Shown piece by piece: positions 23,006 through 35,835 of a stretch of 64,000 nt of DNA. The translations under genes and the position numbers were made by a program. Location of the stretch: assembly GCF_018977255.1 (NCBI RefSeq), contig NW_024704743.1, positions 9,364,001 through 9,428,000 on the forward strand, given 5' to 3'. The notes under the pieces are model-generated. The model saw only the letters and a list, made by a program, of their open reading frames with translations. It did not search any database and was not told the DNA's origin. Origin of the DNA: Callorhinchus milii (taxonomy: Eukaryota). Position 1 is the first letter of the stretch. Each line of letters starts with the position of its first letter.

Positions 23006-26000
23006 CGATGATGAGGGCTTCTGTTTATTAGGGTTTAAATAATTTCATTTTATTTTCAGCACTTTTTGGACTTGTCAAAAAATCAGAGGGTTTGGGGGCT
23101 TTCACTCGTGATGAGAAGATGATTTAGACACGCCTGCACACATGGACGGGAGAGATGTGCCTTCATAACAACAACAACTTGCATTTATATAGCGCTTTTC
23201 ATTCCTGGATGACGTCACAAGGCACCAGACAGTCAAGGGTTCACGCAAGAGCAGTGCCTCTCTCCTCTCACAAACAACAACTTAAATTTGTATTGTGGAT
23301 TTCACATCACCAGACGCGCCTGTGCACACGGAGGGGAGAGAAAGAGAATAATGCATGAACACTTGACATCAGGACTGATAACCATATACAGTGTTTTCTG
23401 GGGTTTTGGGATAAACGCTGAATTCATTTTATTTTAATCAAGGTTTACCGGTGAGGGGGATGCTGTTTTAAAAAAAATCAGAAACCTTACGCATGATCAA
23501 CACCAGAGCCTGTGCTCCATCAAAGGAGCAAATTCTAGAGCAAACTCGGACACAGATAAGAAAAATGTTCAATGAATAGAATATGAATACATTCTTCAAT
23601 TTAATCACCTTCAATAAATAGGGCACAAACTGGGGTATGGTGAATGGCCTTTCAATGGCTCCACCTAAAAATAACTTAATTTCCCTCCGCCTTGCCCTTC
23701 TTCAGATCACATCTGAAGACTTTCTTCTTTAACCTACCCTCTCCTGTTTCAGCCACAAGCTCTGAGATGATACCCACCTACTGGGTAAGTTGCCATTAAA
23801 AGCTATCTCTTGAATCGCACCTAGAGTCACCTTCCCCTCCACTCTGCTCAATGTCCTCTCCCAACACTGTAAAGTGCTCCAAGCCATTATTCTAAGTGAA
23901 AGGTGCTATACATATGTTACTATTATATATTTTTCTGTGCTCCAGCCGGCAAGTAAGGCATTCGCGATTCCTGTATTGAAAATCTATCGCAAGCTCTGCA
24001 GTGTGTGGAAACGCAATCACTGGTAGGGAAATTGAAGACAAATGGTAAGAACACAAATTAATGTCAGTTCTTAATAGCTAGTGGCTGCAATAATAAACTG
24101 TGGATCGATTTTCTGTGGCCTGAAGAGGTGTTAAAGAGTATGAACGCTTACCTCACAGTCTAAATACAATCGGTAGAGACTGGGCTCCTCTCTGGTATTC
24201 ACTTAAATACCACTTTTATATTATGGAACCTGGGAGGCCCCAACACTGGAGCTCCACTCTCTCATCTGTCTGTCATGTTTACATTTGGAAACAGCTGGAT
24301 TTCCAGCGTTTCATTCCCCCCACATGTAGTGAACTTCAGTACATCCTTATTCTCCGATTTTGGCTAGTTTCATTCCAGTGATGGAAACTATTGACTGTGG
24401 AGGCAACAGGAGCTCAGACACCAACATTCGAAGAGGGAAACGTGCTGCCTCTTCTCTGCAGGTCGTCAGACTTTAATGTAAAACCACCAACTGCTTTGGG
24501 AGAAAGGCACAAGGGAAAACCTTGTTCAGAATCAAAGTAGTAGTTTGCTAGTGGTGGTTGGGGAGGGGGGGGCGCCTTTGCCCAAACCTGCAGCTGTATC
24601 CTGGGCAGGTTTAGTTATGACCTGCGGGATTTACTAAAATGTGCAGTGATTGTGTATTTGTAGCTGAACTCAGGGAGAGTTCTAAAAGGTCAAAGAGTTT
24701 TTTCATCTAAACCTCATCATTATCTTGTGTGCAATGCCTCCACTACTTAGTACAGCAAAATTATAGGATGGTCCTCAACAGCGTGGCCATCCTTCACTAA
24801 ACAAACAAAGAAAATCCAAGTGTGTCACTGATCTCCAACTGGTACATTCCCTCATCAGTCTGGCTTGCATTCAAATCCTGCTCTTAGAGGTAAGAGATAG
24901 ATTAACAGGAAGCTCTCACAAACCTTGGCAAGCAAGCACTGCAATTCCACGTTCCAACAGCTGTATTTTTGAACGTTCTATGCTGCGCTACTTTTTTACG
25001 GAAGTACAATCATTTATAACCAACACACCCATATACCCCTAACCAAGCAACACATTGTTTCTTCCTCGAGCAAATCAAAATTAGAAAATTTTGTTTCCTC
25101 CCACAGAGTTGTGAATGTGCCAACAAAAGCAGTTGATTAATTCCCCCCCAAACAAAATTGTTTCAGTCCCTTTTATAATAGTCCTTACATTTGAATAAGC
25201 ACTTTCCACATCGGGAAGATATCTCAAAGTGCTTTATAAAATACATTGTGAAGTGTAGTGACTATATTTCCAGGTGAACGGTAGCTGGCGAGGAACAACA
25301 TTGGCGGATAAAAGGGATTGGTAGAGGTTCAAATGATTTCTGTGCTCCTGGACGAGAATGGGAGGGGAGGGGGAATGGGAAAGAGTGAGGAGACAATGTG
25401 GGAGAATTATCCAAGGAGGCAAGGAGATCAAGCTTGAATAATAAAGGTGTGAGGATATTGTGGAATTTTCACTCCTTTGTCCCAGTCTTGAAAGTCCTTC
25501 TATAATACCTCTTTGACTGTGCCTTCAGTCACATTGCCCAACTCACTCTTCTGTCCACTCAGACTACACCATTCACATAAAGCAGGGATTTTCTCCTGCA
25601 TGAAAGGTGCTATAAATGCACTATGTTGTTCTCAATTGGCATTAGGGTTCAAGGAGTCTTTATGGTGAGTTTTCTCCCAGGAGAAAGAGTGGGTGTGGAA
25701 GAGGGAGGGGGCTAAAGGATACGATTTATCCACAGCTCAGGTACAAACCCCTCACTGCCAGCACTTTGGGAAGTGCACCCAATGTGAAGGGCCCTAAATG
25801 AATGCAATTTTTTGTTGATTTTTGCGTAGATTGTGAAAGAAGCAATCTTGATGGGCTAAAAGCTGTCCAGTTGTGGGCTTTATGTTCTTCTACACTGTTA
25901 TATTGATCTAAATATTTTAACTCATAATGCAAGTGCTCATTCATCCATTCAGTCAGGATAATTGCTTGCAGAATACTTGTCAATCACAGAACTATAACAC

Positions 26001-26049
26001 CACTGTATAACGGTGTAATATGAAAAATGAGATAAAAGAAGTGATTCGC

Positions 26050-26620
26050 TGGTCAATGAGTCAGTGACTGGAGGACATCAGTTTTAAGATATTTAACAAG
26101 TTAGAGAAGAGGGAGATGAAGAAGAATATTTTTACTCAGAACGTTGTTAGGATGTGGAATGTCTGCTCACACTGACTCCTCTACCTGATACCTTCTCTCA
26201 GCTGGCATGGCTCCTCCACTCCACAATTGGTCACTTTCAGTCACCAAGCCCCAAATCTCTGGAACTCCTTGCCTCATTCTCTCCATTTTGCCCCTTCTTT
26301 GCCTGTCTTCAAATCATACCTGAAGACTTTCCTCTGTCACCATGCCTTCAGTCAGCTCCCCCCACTTCCACTTCAGAGTCAAGTCACACCACTGTTAAGT
26401 ACTCCGAAACGCTATCCACATGAAGTGCACTACATAAATGCAAGTTGTTGTGGTTGCCTTGTTGCGTGTAATGGTCAAGGCAGGACCTAGATTAGCTTTT
26501 GAAGGGGAATAAGATAGATATCTAAAATTCATTAAGTATGGCCAAATAATTGAGACTAAATTGATTGCTCTTTCAAAGAGACAGCACAGACACAATGGCC
26601 TATGTGATGTAAATTTCTAA
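26050..26620 (+). mobile_element. CR1 3' end interrupted by an L2 3' fragment (L2 at ~26165-26452)
   Basis: CR1 ggacatcagttttaagat...tttactcagaacgttgttaggatgtggaat stops at ~26165 and resumes at ~26456 (ggtcaaggcagg...ctctttcaaagagacagcacagacac). The insert encodes TFSHQAPNLWNSLPHSL...FKSYLKTFL with tail taaatgcaagttgttg. Confidence 0.75.
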
Positions 26621-29600
26621 GCTTTTGTTGTGTTTTAGCAAAGTTCAAATAATATTGTCATGATGTTTTATTCCAGAAATATCACTATTAGTGCTTTGTG
26701 GGGACAATTTGAAGTTGATGAACAACACGACTTAAAATATCATCTGATCAAATTCACACAACTAAATCCAGCATAACTCGTCCGAAGTGCTGGGAAGCCT
26801 TATGTAGTATAGTGCACCATACCACAGAGAAGTAGGGTGTTCAATCTCCCATCAACCCTGCTTAAATAGGGATATCAATGTGGTGTCAGAAAATCATAGA
26901 ACGTTAACAGCACAGAAGAATGAGATGCTAAACATGTTCAGGGTGGACGTTAAAGGATCCCATGGCACTATTTGAAAAGAGGAGAGTGTCCTGGCCAAAA
27001 TTGTTTCAGTTCAATTGGTCATTCACATGCTGACTGTTTGTGGGACATTACAGTGTGCAAATTGGCTGCAACATTTATTCATCGACTTAGTGTTCTGAAT
27101 CGCTATCCTGCATGAAGAGTCCTATATAAACGCAAGTAGTAGTTGTGGTACTACGTTAAATTGTAATTACCATAAGATGCTGTAATGCTATAGGGTTACA
27201 TCAAAAGCAATGATTATTATTGAGACCATTCAACTAATTGAGCTTGTGCTCATGATAGTTTACCCACTGGAACTATCTCTTCGGTCGCATTCTACTACTC
27301 TTTCTCAATGGATTTTTAATATTTTCTTCACAAGCAATTAACAGAAGGCCTATGATTCTGCATCCTTTTGGATCCTGCATCACCAACAGAAAGTCCCAGG
27401 TCAGATGCTGTGGTTTTAGATATTGTGTAAGACTCCCACTGTTCTGAAGCAATTTCATTTTCAATTCTTAGTCAGAGAAAGGAAAAACCCATTAATCTGA
27501 GCTGCCTGCAAAACATGGTCTCATTTAAAAAGGTAGTGATAATCAGAGGAAAAAACTGCTGTTACAGAAAAGAGCCATACAATGAGGCAAATAGAAAAAT
27601 CAGTCTGTATCTCGGTTGAGTCGGCGATTAAAACTTGAGATTCTTTCGTCCCACCTTCACCTTTCGTAGCTTCTGAAGCAAAATGTCTCAGAGAATAGAA
27701 ATGGGAGGTGGAGAAAAAAAACAAGTGTCAACATTGAACTCAACCGATCTCGTGTTGTGGGAAGCCTCCTTATTATTTTAAATTGGCTGCTTGAGCTGTT
27801 CCATTGTGATAGTGTGATTGATGGGATGCTAACCTGGAATCAGATATGCAAACTATTATCCCTGAAACCTCTCTTTGGAGCACATTTACATAACTTCTCA
27901 AAGGGGAACAGGGACATGCTGAGAATAGGCTTGCATCGCTATCGGTAACATTTCTCATTTAAAAGAGACTTGAGAGTCACTTGTGTCAAGAGGAGGAAAA
28001 GACACTTGCACTACAGAGACCCACATTACCATACTTACAACTGTAAGTCAAATCCAATACCAGATCAAATAAATTAGTCATCGACACTAATGTTTCTCCA
28101 AGCCCACCAGTGTATTATTTCATTTCATTTCATTTTAGGGACCTTTGCCACCAATTTCCCTTGATATTGGCCTGGAATGTTGCTTTTACAGCTTGAGAGC
28201 ATTAAAGTAGGAAATATCATTCATATAAAGTACCCTCCTGCGCTCGGGCAATGAAAAAAAACAATTTGCTCTGGCTCAGAGATTCCTGCAGCCAAAGGAC
28301 GAGACAAAGCCAGACTGAGAAAAACAGCTACTGCAGTAGTAGTAATTAGACATAGATAAACTGTAATTTTGGGGTCTGTCTGCTGCAACCAACTCTATAA
28401 CTATAGGTCCTGTTGCTCATCATTCAAATTGAGCTGCTTTGCCCACACCCCGCAATAACAATTTAGGCAGCGAGGTGGAAAAATACTTGGCTGATTTCAT
28501 AAAAGAAAGGCTGTACATCCTCCAGGCTTGCGTAGGAATTGGAACCTTACCCACAACAGATACATTGGAGACTCCAGTTTGTCTACATGGAATTGAATGA
28601 CACCCGTTGTTCTTTTTTTCCAAGCATACATTTTTTCTGACACGACACACTACATTTCAACCCCCAGAGGATCTCACCTGTCATTAAGAACCCCCATGAA
28701 TCCAATGATAAAAATACAAATTTTCAGGTGAAAGCATTTGGCAAACCGTCTTTCTGTTCAGATATGCACAGCAGAATGAGGCAAACTGCTTGCAAATCAT
28801 TGGTACATCATGGACACGAAGGGTGGTTGAGGAGACAGACAGAGGAGGGAGGTGATGACGTGCGTGGCCTGGAAAAAGCAGGTTTGAGAATAATGTGAAC
28901 ATTATGATAATCAAGCACTTCTGTCAGAGTCTGGCGCTACACTGCAATCACCTCGCAGACTCCTCCACCGTCACCAAAATGAAAGAAACAAAACGTCAAG
29001 TGCATTTCTGGTAAATTGACAAGAAGTCATCAGAATTCCTACAATTTTCATCTAGTTTCTGCACCCAGAGTGGTAAGAATAAATTGTCAAAATGAGAAAA
29101 ATTATGAAGATTCTTAAAGAGGTGCAAAATATCTGGCTTAAGAAAGGTTTAAAAATTGCCTCAGGCACCAAGTTCCTAGTATATACCACAGTTTAAAAAA
29201 GTTTTTTTTGCTGAAGCTTGAAGTGGCACTCCTAGAATCATGGATGGTATGTAATGACAATTGTTTGCCTGAATTGTTTGCATTTTGACAGGATAATACT
29301 TCTCGGCTATTACCATCAGAAAACACAGCAAATGTTCTGTCAGTGGTCGACAGCAGCAAAGAGAACTGTAGTTACCAGTTCAGAACTCCTAACAATACTG
29401 TAAAGACATTTATGCCCACAAAATACAGTCACCCCACTTTTCAGTATATCCTGTGTGGCACTTTTGAGACAACTTGATGAAGTTGGTGCTGAAGAAGGCA
29501 CTGTACCAAATGCAAGGATTATTATTATTATGGCTAAAGTTAGGTGGAAGTGGTGAAGGTAGATTTTAAAGAGACAATTATGCGAATAAATCTTAGCATT

Positions 29601-30254
29601 TGACGTAGCGCGTTATCACTTCAAAATGTCTTAATCACTTCACGGAGTTTCCTGTAAAGTGTAGTGACTGGTTTTGCAGGGGGATGAAAATGCACTAATT
29701 CAAACTACTTTATTGCTGCCGAGCACCTTGTGCAATTGTCCGTTTATATTTAAATCAACCTGGGTATACAGCAACTTACATATGTATAGCGCCTTTTACA
29801 TCGGGAGGATGTCCCAAGGTGCTGATACAAGAAGCAAACGCATCAAGTTTAATTGGGGGTGGGTGGAGGGAGATAAAGAGACTCGTCAGGATTTTACGTT
29901 GCAGGAGAGCTGAAGGCATTTGCGAAGGAAGCGACTTCAACATTGCTTCTTATTCAAGCAATTACATAGAACTATATGGCACTAAATAGTGCTCAAAGTC
30001 CCAACCTCTCTAACACCCTTTCTCCATCACATATACAACAAGTTTTATCTGAAATGCATTGATGCTTTTTTCTTCAACCACAGCTTCCGGCAGTGGGTTC
30101 CACTTTCTCAAAACCCTTCTGCTAAGCTTCCCACAAGATCAACTATTAACTCTTATATTAATACTCGCAGGAAATCAGTTCAGAGCTGATCTGACAACCT
30201 ACAAGTCAGTCATTTATTTGGATTTTAGTTATAATTTAGTTTTAGTTTAGTGTT

Positions 30255-30582
30255 AGTTCCACTGGCCGGTGGGTCAGTAAACCGAGGACATCGATTTAAA
30301 ATAGTTGTTAAAAGAAACAGAGGGGAGGTGAAAAGAAATTTTTTCACACAGTGAGTTGTTCAGATCTGGAATGCATTGCCTGAAAGGGTGGTGGAAGCCA
30401 ATTCGATAACTTTTAAGAGAGAAGTAGATAATTATTTGGGGAGGACAAGTTTGCAGGGCTATGGGGAAAGAGTGGGGGAATGGGATTGAATTGGATAGCT
30501 CTTTTCAAAAAGCCGGCACAGACAGGATGAGCCGAATGGTCCCCTTCTGTGCTATATAATTCTATGACCCTATAATTCTATG
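30255..30582 (+). mobile_element. CR1 LINE 3' end
   Basis: RGHRFKIVVKRNRGEVKRNFFTQ*VVQIWNALPERVVEA; 3' UTR ends gaatggtccccttctgtgctatataattctatg. Confidence 0.88.
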
Positions 30583-30914
30583 AATGTGGCCTCAGATATT
30601 GAACCCAGATGACAGGTTACTTTAGTGTTGACTTTTATCGTTGGAAGTTAAACTTTTGATTCTGGTGGACAAGGAAATGTGATTAGAGTGAATTGCTCCA
30701 GTACGGAGCACCAGCACAAACACCATGAGCTTTTTGCCATAATTTGCCCATGTTTGTCCACAAAAACAGTCACTCCAGTTTACAGCATATCCTATGATGT
30801 ACTGTAAGACATGTTCCTGAAATAAAAGGCTCTATATGTAATGTAAGTTTTATATTATCATGAATTATTTCTGGGGTTCTCATTTTTTCTGAAAAAATTT
30901 GCTTCCACCTTTCA

Positions 30915-31116
30915 AATAATCCCTCAAGAAACAAAAACAATAGTAATTTGGTCACTCAATCCACGATTGTTTGTGGAACATTGTTGTGCGCAATTGGCTG
31001 CCGTGTTTTTCCCACAAATATACAGTGAAAACACTTTACAGTACATTCTGTGAAGCGCTTTGAGACGTCTAGAAGACGTGATAAGGTGCTATATCAAATG
31101 CAAGGATTATTATTAT
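30915..31116 (+). mobile_element. SINE family A, 5'-truncated
   Basis: ttggtcactcaatccacgattgtttgtgg...agcgctttgagacgtctagaagacgtgataaggtgctatatcaaatgcaaggattatt. Confidence 0.88.
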
Positions 31117-32361
31117 ATTTCTATAATTGGACTCTGGAAGTTGGAAGAAAGGTGAACCTAAGAAACTCATTTTGAAGTTAGAAATAGGTGGGAAGGAAAT
31201 TGGTAGAAGACGGTAAAAAAAATTGAAAGAAAAACAGAATAAGGGAAAGGGAAAAAATGTATTCAACATTAACAATTCACTTCCTGTTTCCCACCATTGG
31301 CGGTTCAGCTCTTTGTTCCTACTTTTTGGAATGCTCCCAAAATCTCTTCGCCATGTGTCTTCAAAACCCTCTTAAAAACACATCTCTTTAACCATGATGT
31401 AACTTCATATCCCCAAACTCTGCCTCTTTTCCTCCCTCACAGGGGATTTACCCCATCTTCAATGAAAAGCGCTTTGAGACGTTCAAACTCCGTGAAAGGC
31501 ACTGCACCAGCTAAGTTGTTGACGTCCCACAGCAACAAAGCTATGTAGATGCTTTGAGCAGTTTTACCTTATTTCAGGGTCACAATACATGAGCTGGAAA
31601 CAAAGAATCAGCCAGCCCACGGAGGTGGAGATATCTCGAGGCCTGCCGGCAGTCAAAGGGTTAAAAGTGGGGCAAGAGGAAATGGTCCCTTGCTCCTCTT
31701 GATATTTTATGGAAGCCTAATGGAGCATATCAACTGATTCCTGCAAATTACTTTGACATGTGTGCAGTTAGTTGCAAATCATTATTAACATGCTAATGTT
31801 AATGTGGTTTCAGTAAACATGCTTTCAGTTTACTGCATCGTTCCTTCCTATTAACAGTCCCAGACACCAATTAACACCTTATCAGTTCTCTAGGCTCGTG
31901 TCCAAGACTGTGCTAATGATTGCAACACGAGGAAAAGCATCATAAAAAACAGGAAGGGAACATTCGATTGGGGGTGGAAATAGTTAGGATGGAGAGTAAT
32001 ATGAACCATATACTAGGGTGCGACACAACTTTATGCACTTTTGGAATCAGTTTGATGTTTATAATTGGGTTTGTTGAATGTCTGAAGTACATTAGTATAG
32101 GTTGTGATCTGTGCTGGGAGGCAGGAGAGCAGGGGAGAGAACACTGTTGCTGAGAGTTATACCTGAGAAAGTTCTCATACACTTACATATAGGCCTAAAT
32201 AGACCCCAGTTGACCCCTCAAGTTTCTTTTAATATTCAGACCTTTTTCATCCCTTTAGCTCAGAGGATATTCTATTCAACTTCAGGATTGTTTCTCAAGT
32301 AGCTGGAATCTGCTGGTGCCTCGAACCTGCGCCATTAATCTTGCCAGGCGAAACCAGGGCA

Positions 32362-32498
32362 CCAGAGGCAACATGCAGGCAACTACAGACAACTCCAAGG
32401 TTAGTTCAGTTCACTCTCCAAGCCTAGTTCAGTTGGCCAGGCAGCGAACTTGGAGCTGTCTGTAGTTGTCTACAGATAACTAGACAAGTTGCCTCTGG
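32362..32498. mobile_element. Palindromic MITE-like element
   Basis: Terminal inverted repeats ccagaggcaac / gttgcctctgg and inner inverted repeats caactacagacaactccaag / cttggagctgtctgtagttg. Confidence 0.6.
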
Positions 32499-32669
32499 GT
32501 TACAATGTTGTGGGTTCAAGTCTCACATCGGAATTTGAGCCTAAATTTAGGCTGACAAAGCAGAGACAGAATACAGTCACTACACTTCACAATAAATGCT
32601 GTGAAGCACTTTGAGATGTCCTCTCGGCATGAAAAGCCCCAGATCGAATGCAAGGATATATAATGCCTT

Positions 32670-33395
32670 GTTGGTTGTCGAGATGCCTCAAAGTGCTTTA
32701 CAGAATTTGACTGTGGAATGCAGAGACTATGCAGTTCTGGTGACTGTGTACTTTAAACGTGGCAGCCAATTTGCAAACAGCAACATCCCACAAATAGTCA
32801 AAATAAATGACCAATTTTATTTGAGGGATTTTATGGCCAGGACACTAGAAGAAACTCCCTTCTCTTTTGGAGTAGTGCCATGGGATCTTTAATAATAATA
32901 ATCCTTGCATTTGATATAGCGCTTTTCACATCGGGAGGACGTCCCAAAGCACTTCACAGAACACACTGTGAAGTGAATTGACTGTATATTTTTGGGCGAA
33001 CGCGGCAGCCAATTGCGCACAGCAATGTCCCACAAACAGTCGTAGATTGAAAATGACCAATTTATTATTGTTTTTGGTTGTGGGGGGATTATTATTAGGC
33101 GTGTGGAGTAAGGAAACTTGCCCAAGGTTTCGCCCTGCCTGGAATTGAACTCAGGTCTCTCGCTTGCAAAGCGAGTGCTCTAACCACTGAGCTACAGGAC
33201 TCCAATATCCTTAATATCCTCCCGAACAGGTAGGCGTGACTTTGTCTTAACGCCTCGTCCAAAGGATGGCACCTCCAACAAATGCAGCGCTCCCCCAGCT
33301 CTGCATTAGAGTGTCAGCCTAAATGGTAAAATCAAACTAGGATGTGTGGCTTGAACACACAGCCTCTGACTCAGAAGAGTGCCACGAGCTGAGCC
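32670..33395 (-). mobile_element. Deu-domain SINE (family B) split by a family A SINE
   Basis: 3' half ends ...gtagtgccatgggatcttt (32890); 5' half resumes aatatcctcccgaacagg...ctctgactcagaagagtgcc (33205-33395). Confidence 0.8.
32890..33204 (-). mobile_element. SINE family A, full length, short subtype, young-looking
   Basis: Nearly the reverse complement of 3202-3515; head ends gtgctctaaccactgagctacaggactcc. Confidence 0.93.
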
Positions 33396-33520
33396 GATGA
33401 TCCCCTCCCTAACCCAAAGCCAATTTGAGCTCCCCCTTTTCCCTCCTCTCCCAACTGCCATCTCAGATGAGATTAGCTCACGCCACAGCCCAGGATCAAA
33501 TCTATACAACACAACTTACA

Positions 33521-33718
33521 AAGCTGGTGGCCAACCCATGGCCAGTGGGCCGGAAATGGCCCGCCGGACATTTGCACTGGTCTAGGTGAGTCTGTTTTAA
33601 ACCAATATTTTGTATCTAGCAGCTACTGAGGGACGAGGTTTATGGTGTGGCCATAAATGAAGAAATATTCAATCAAGATTTATTTTGCTGGTCAACCAAA
33701 AAGGTTAGCACCTTTCAT
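33521..33718. mobile_element. Degenerate non-autonomous hAT/Charlie-type DNA transposon relic
   Basis: Left end gctggtggccaacccatggccagtgggccggaaatggcccgcc and right end aaaaaggttagcacc resemble the caggggtggccaacc...ggttggccacccctg termini of hAT MITEs. Confidence 0.45.
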
Positions 33719-34380
33719 GTCCGAGAGGAGTAGGGAATCTGCAACATTTGCAGTTTAATTAACTCAGATACTCACAGCATCAATTCGCTGAGACATCATG
33801 GGTCTTTTCTTGAGTCTTATAATCTTTACAGTTCATATCAATATTGAAACCAAGCAGATGTTGCACATCTGCTCAGAGTACAGCACGGTTGAAACTTTAT
33901 GAACTTCGGTCAAAACCTTGAAGAAATTTTGCCACAAAGCAAAATAAAATGTAAGCGGTTAATGCTTTGTTCTCGCAAACTAAAACAAGAGTGGATATAT
34001 TAAAGTGAGTTGTCTTTTGGTGGATTTCCATGTGAGGGCAAAGGGTTAAGAAAATATTTTGTTCAAACCAACAGTAGATGATGATCTGTCTCACAAAAAA
34101 AAATGTAAAAAGGTCAAATCATTTGGTTTGGTTTTCCTTTCCTCAAATTCTCAGTCAGGATTACAATCCAGTCAATTCCGTTGGGAGCTGTGCTTGAATG
34201 GCATGGGAACCTGCCTTCTCCGTCCCCAATCATGTTCCTACAAACTGGCAAAAGCTACCCTCTGGGGAGGTCGGGAGTGCAGATGTCACTCAGTCTTGGA
34301 TGTGAACTCAGTTAAAAGTTCAATACACTACAGCTGTCAGGCCAGTCAAACCCAGCATTCCTGAATCTTAAGAGTTGAAT

Positions 34381-34895
34381 GTACACGCATGCAGAGACAC
34401 ATACCAGCACATACACAGACACATACCAGCACACACGCAGAGGCACATGCCGACACACACATACATGCAGAGACACATGCTGCCACACACACACATGCAG
34501 AGACACATACTGTCACGCACGCCGAGACACAAATGCCAAAACACACGCAGAGACAAATGTCGAAACACATACATGCAGACACACATACCCACACAGACGC
34601 ACACAGAGACACATGCCGACACACCAACACATACGCAGAGTCACATAATGACACACACACACAGACTCATGCTGACACACATGCACACACACAGACACTC
34701 CCACACAGACACGCACACATACACATTCCCACACATAGACAGGCACACACATATACACTTCCACACACAGACACACACCCGCACTCCCACACACTGACAC
34801 GCACACATAAACACACACAGACACGTACACACACGGCCACAGACATGCAGACACATGCCCCATGCAGGCATGCACGCACGCATACAAACACACGC
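34381..34895. repeat. Degenerate (CA)n-derived minisatellite, ~515 bp
   Basis: Recurrent units such as cacacacatgcagagacacat; produces stop-free HT/CV ORFs in many frames. Confidence 0.95.
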
Positions 34896-35835
34896 AATCA
34901 AATAGTCAATAAATAAACGAAATAGAAAAACTTGAATGAGACTAAGATGAACAAAAGGCAACAAAATCAGTGACTTATTCAGCATAAGCATTTGCCAAAG
35001 ACAATATGTGGACTATGTGTTTGGCTGATGAGTGAGTGGGGGTGGGAGCTGGCCAGAACATGCATTTGGAATTGCAGGACCTTCCTTTGAGAGATGAAGA
35101 ACCTACTCGAACACGTCGAACAGCACGTTACCCCAAAATGTGAGCTCAATTCCAGCCCCTGCCAACACATACTTTGGCACAAGGGTGCTGACAACTAACA
35201 GTACTGGCTGACCTCATAATGCAATGCACAGGGAAGAAAATAACCCCTTCCATGGACTTGATAGCACTTCATGTTGTTGTACACACACTGAATGCTACTT
35301 CTACATTCCAAGTATGTTGTTGTTGAGTTTGCTTCAAGAGGCAAGCTTGCTTCTTGGTCCACAGACCGCCTAGAAATTATCAACAGGATGTTTATTTTTA
35401 ATCCTGTTACCAAATTGATCGTGCGCTGCCTCAATAACTTTAAAAAAAAGGAGACCTGATTTTGATGTTTGTTTTCATTGTTCCAATGTGATGGAAGTGC
35501 AAACCAGGCCACCCGGCCAACTCATGGTGTCATCTTACTATTGATAAAGGCAGCGAAAGACGCTGTAGGGCTCCAGTCATTAAGATAAGTTTCTGGAGCA
35601 GCAAATTATTTAAATTACATGTAGCGATAGGATAAGGAAAAGGGCCACTTGGCCCAACAGCCAACGTGCTGTGTTTATACTCCAACAAAAGCCCCCACCT
35701 CTTATCCCCCTCAAAATAGCGGCTAACAATACTTTCAAGGTCAGAGCCTGATAAGGAGGATGGCTTCTAGCACTCCTCAAATTACAATCACTAGAATAAT
35801 AATGATAATCCTTGCATTTGATATAGTGCCTCATC

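Noticed and set aside
34312..34991. His/Thr-rich and Cys/Val-rich ORFs up to 175 aa
   Set aside because: Artefacts of a CA/TG repeat that lacks stop codons.
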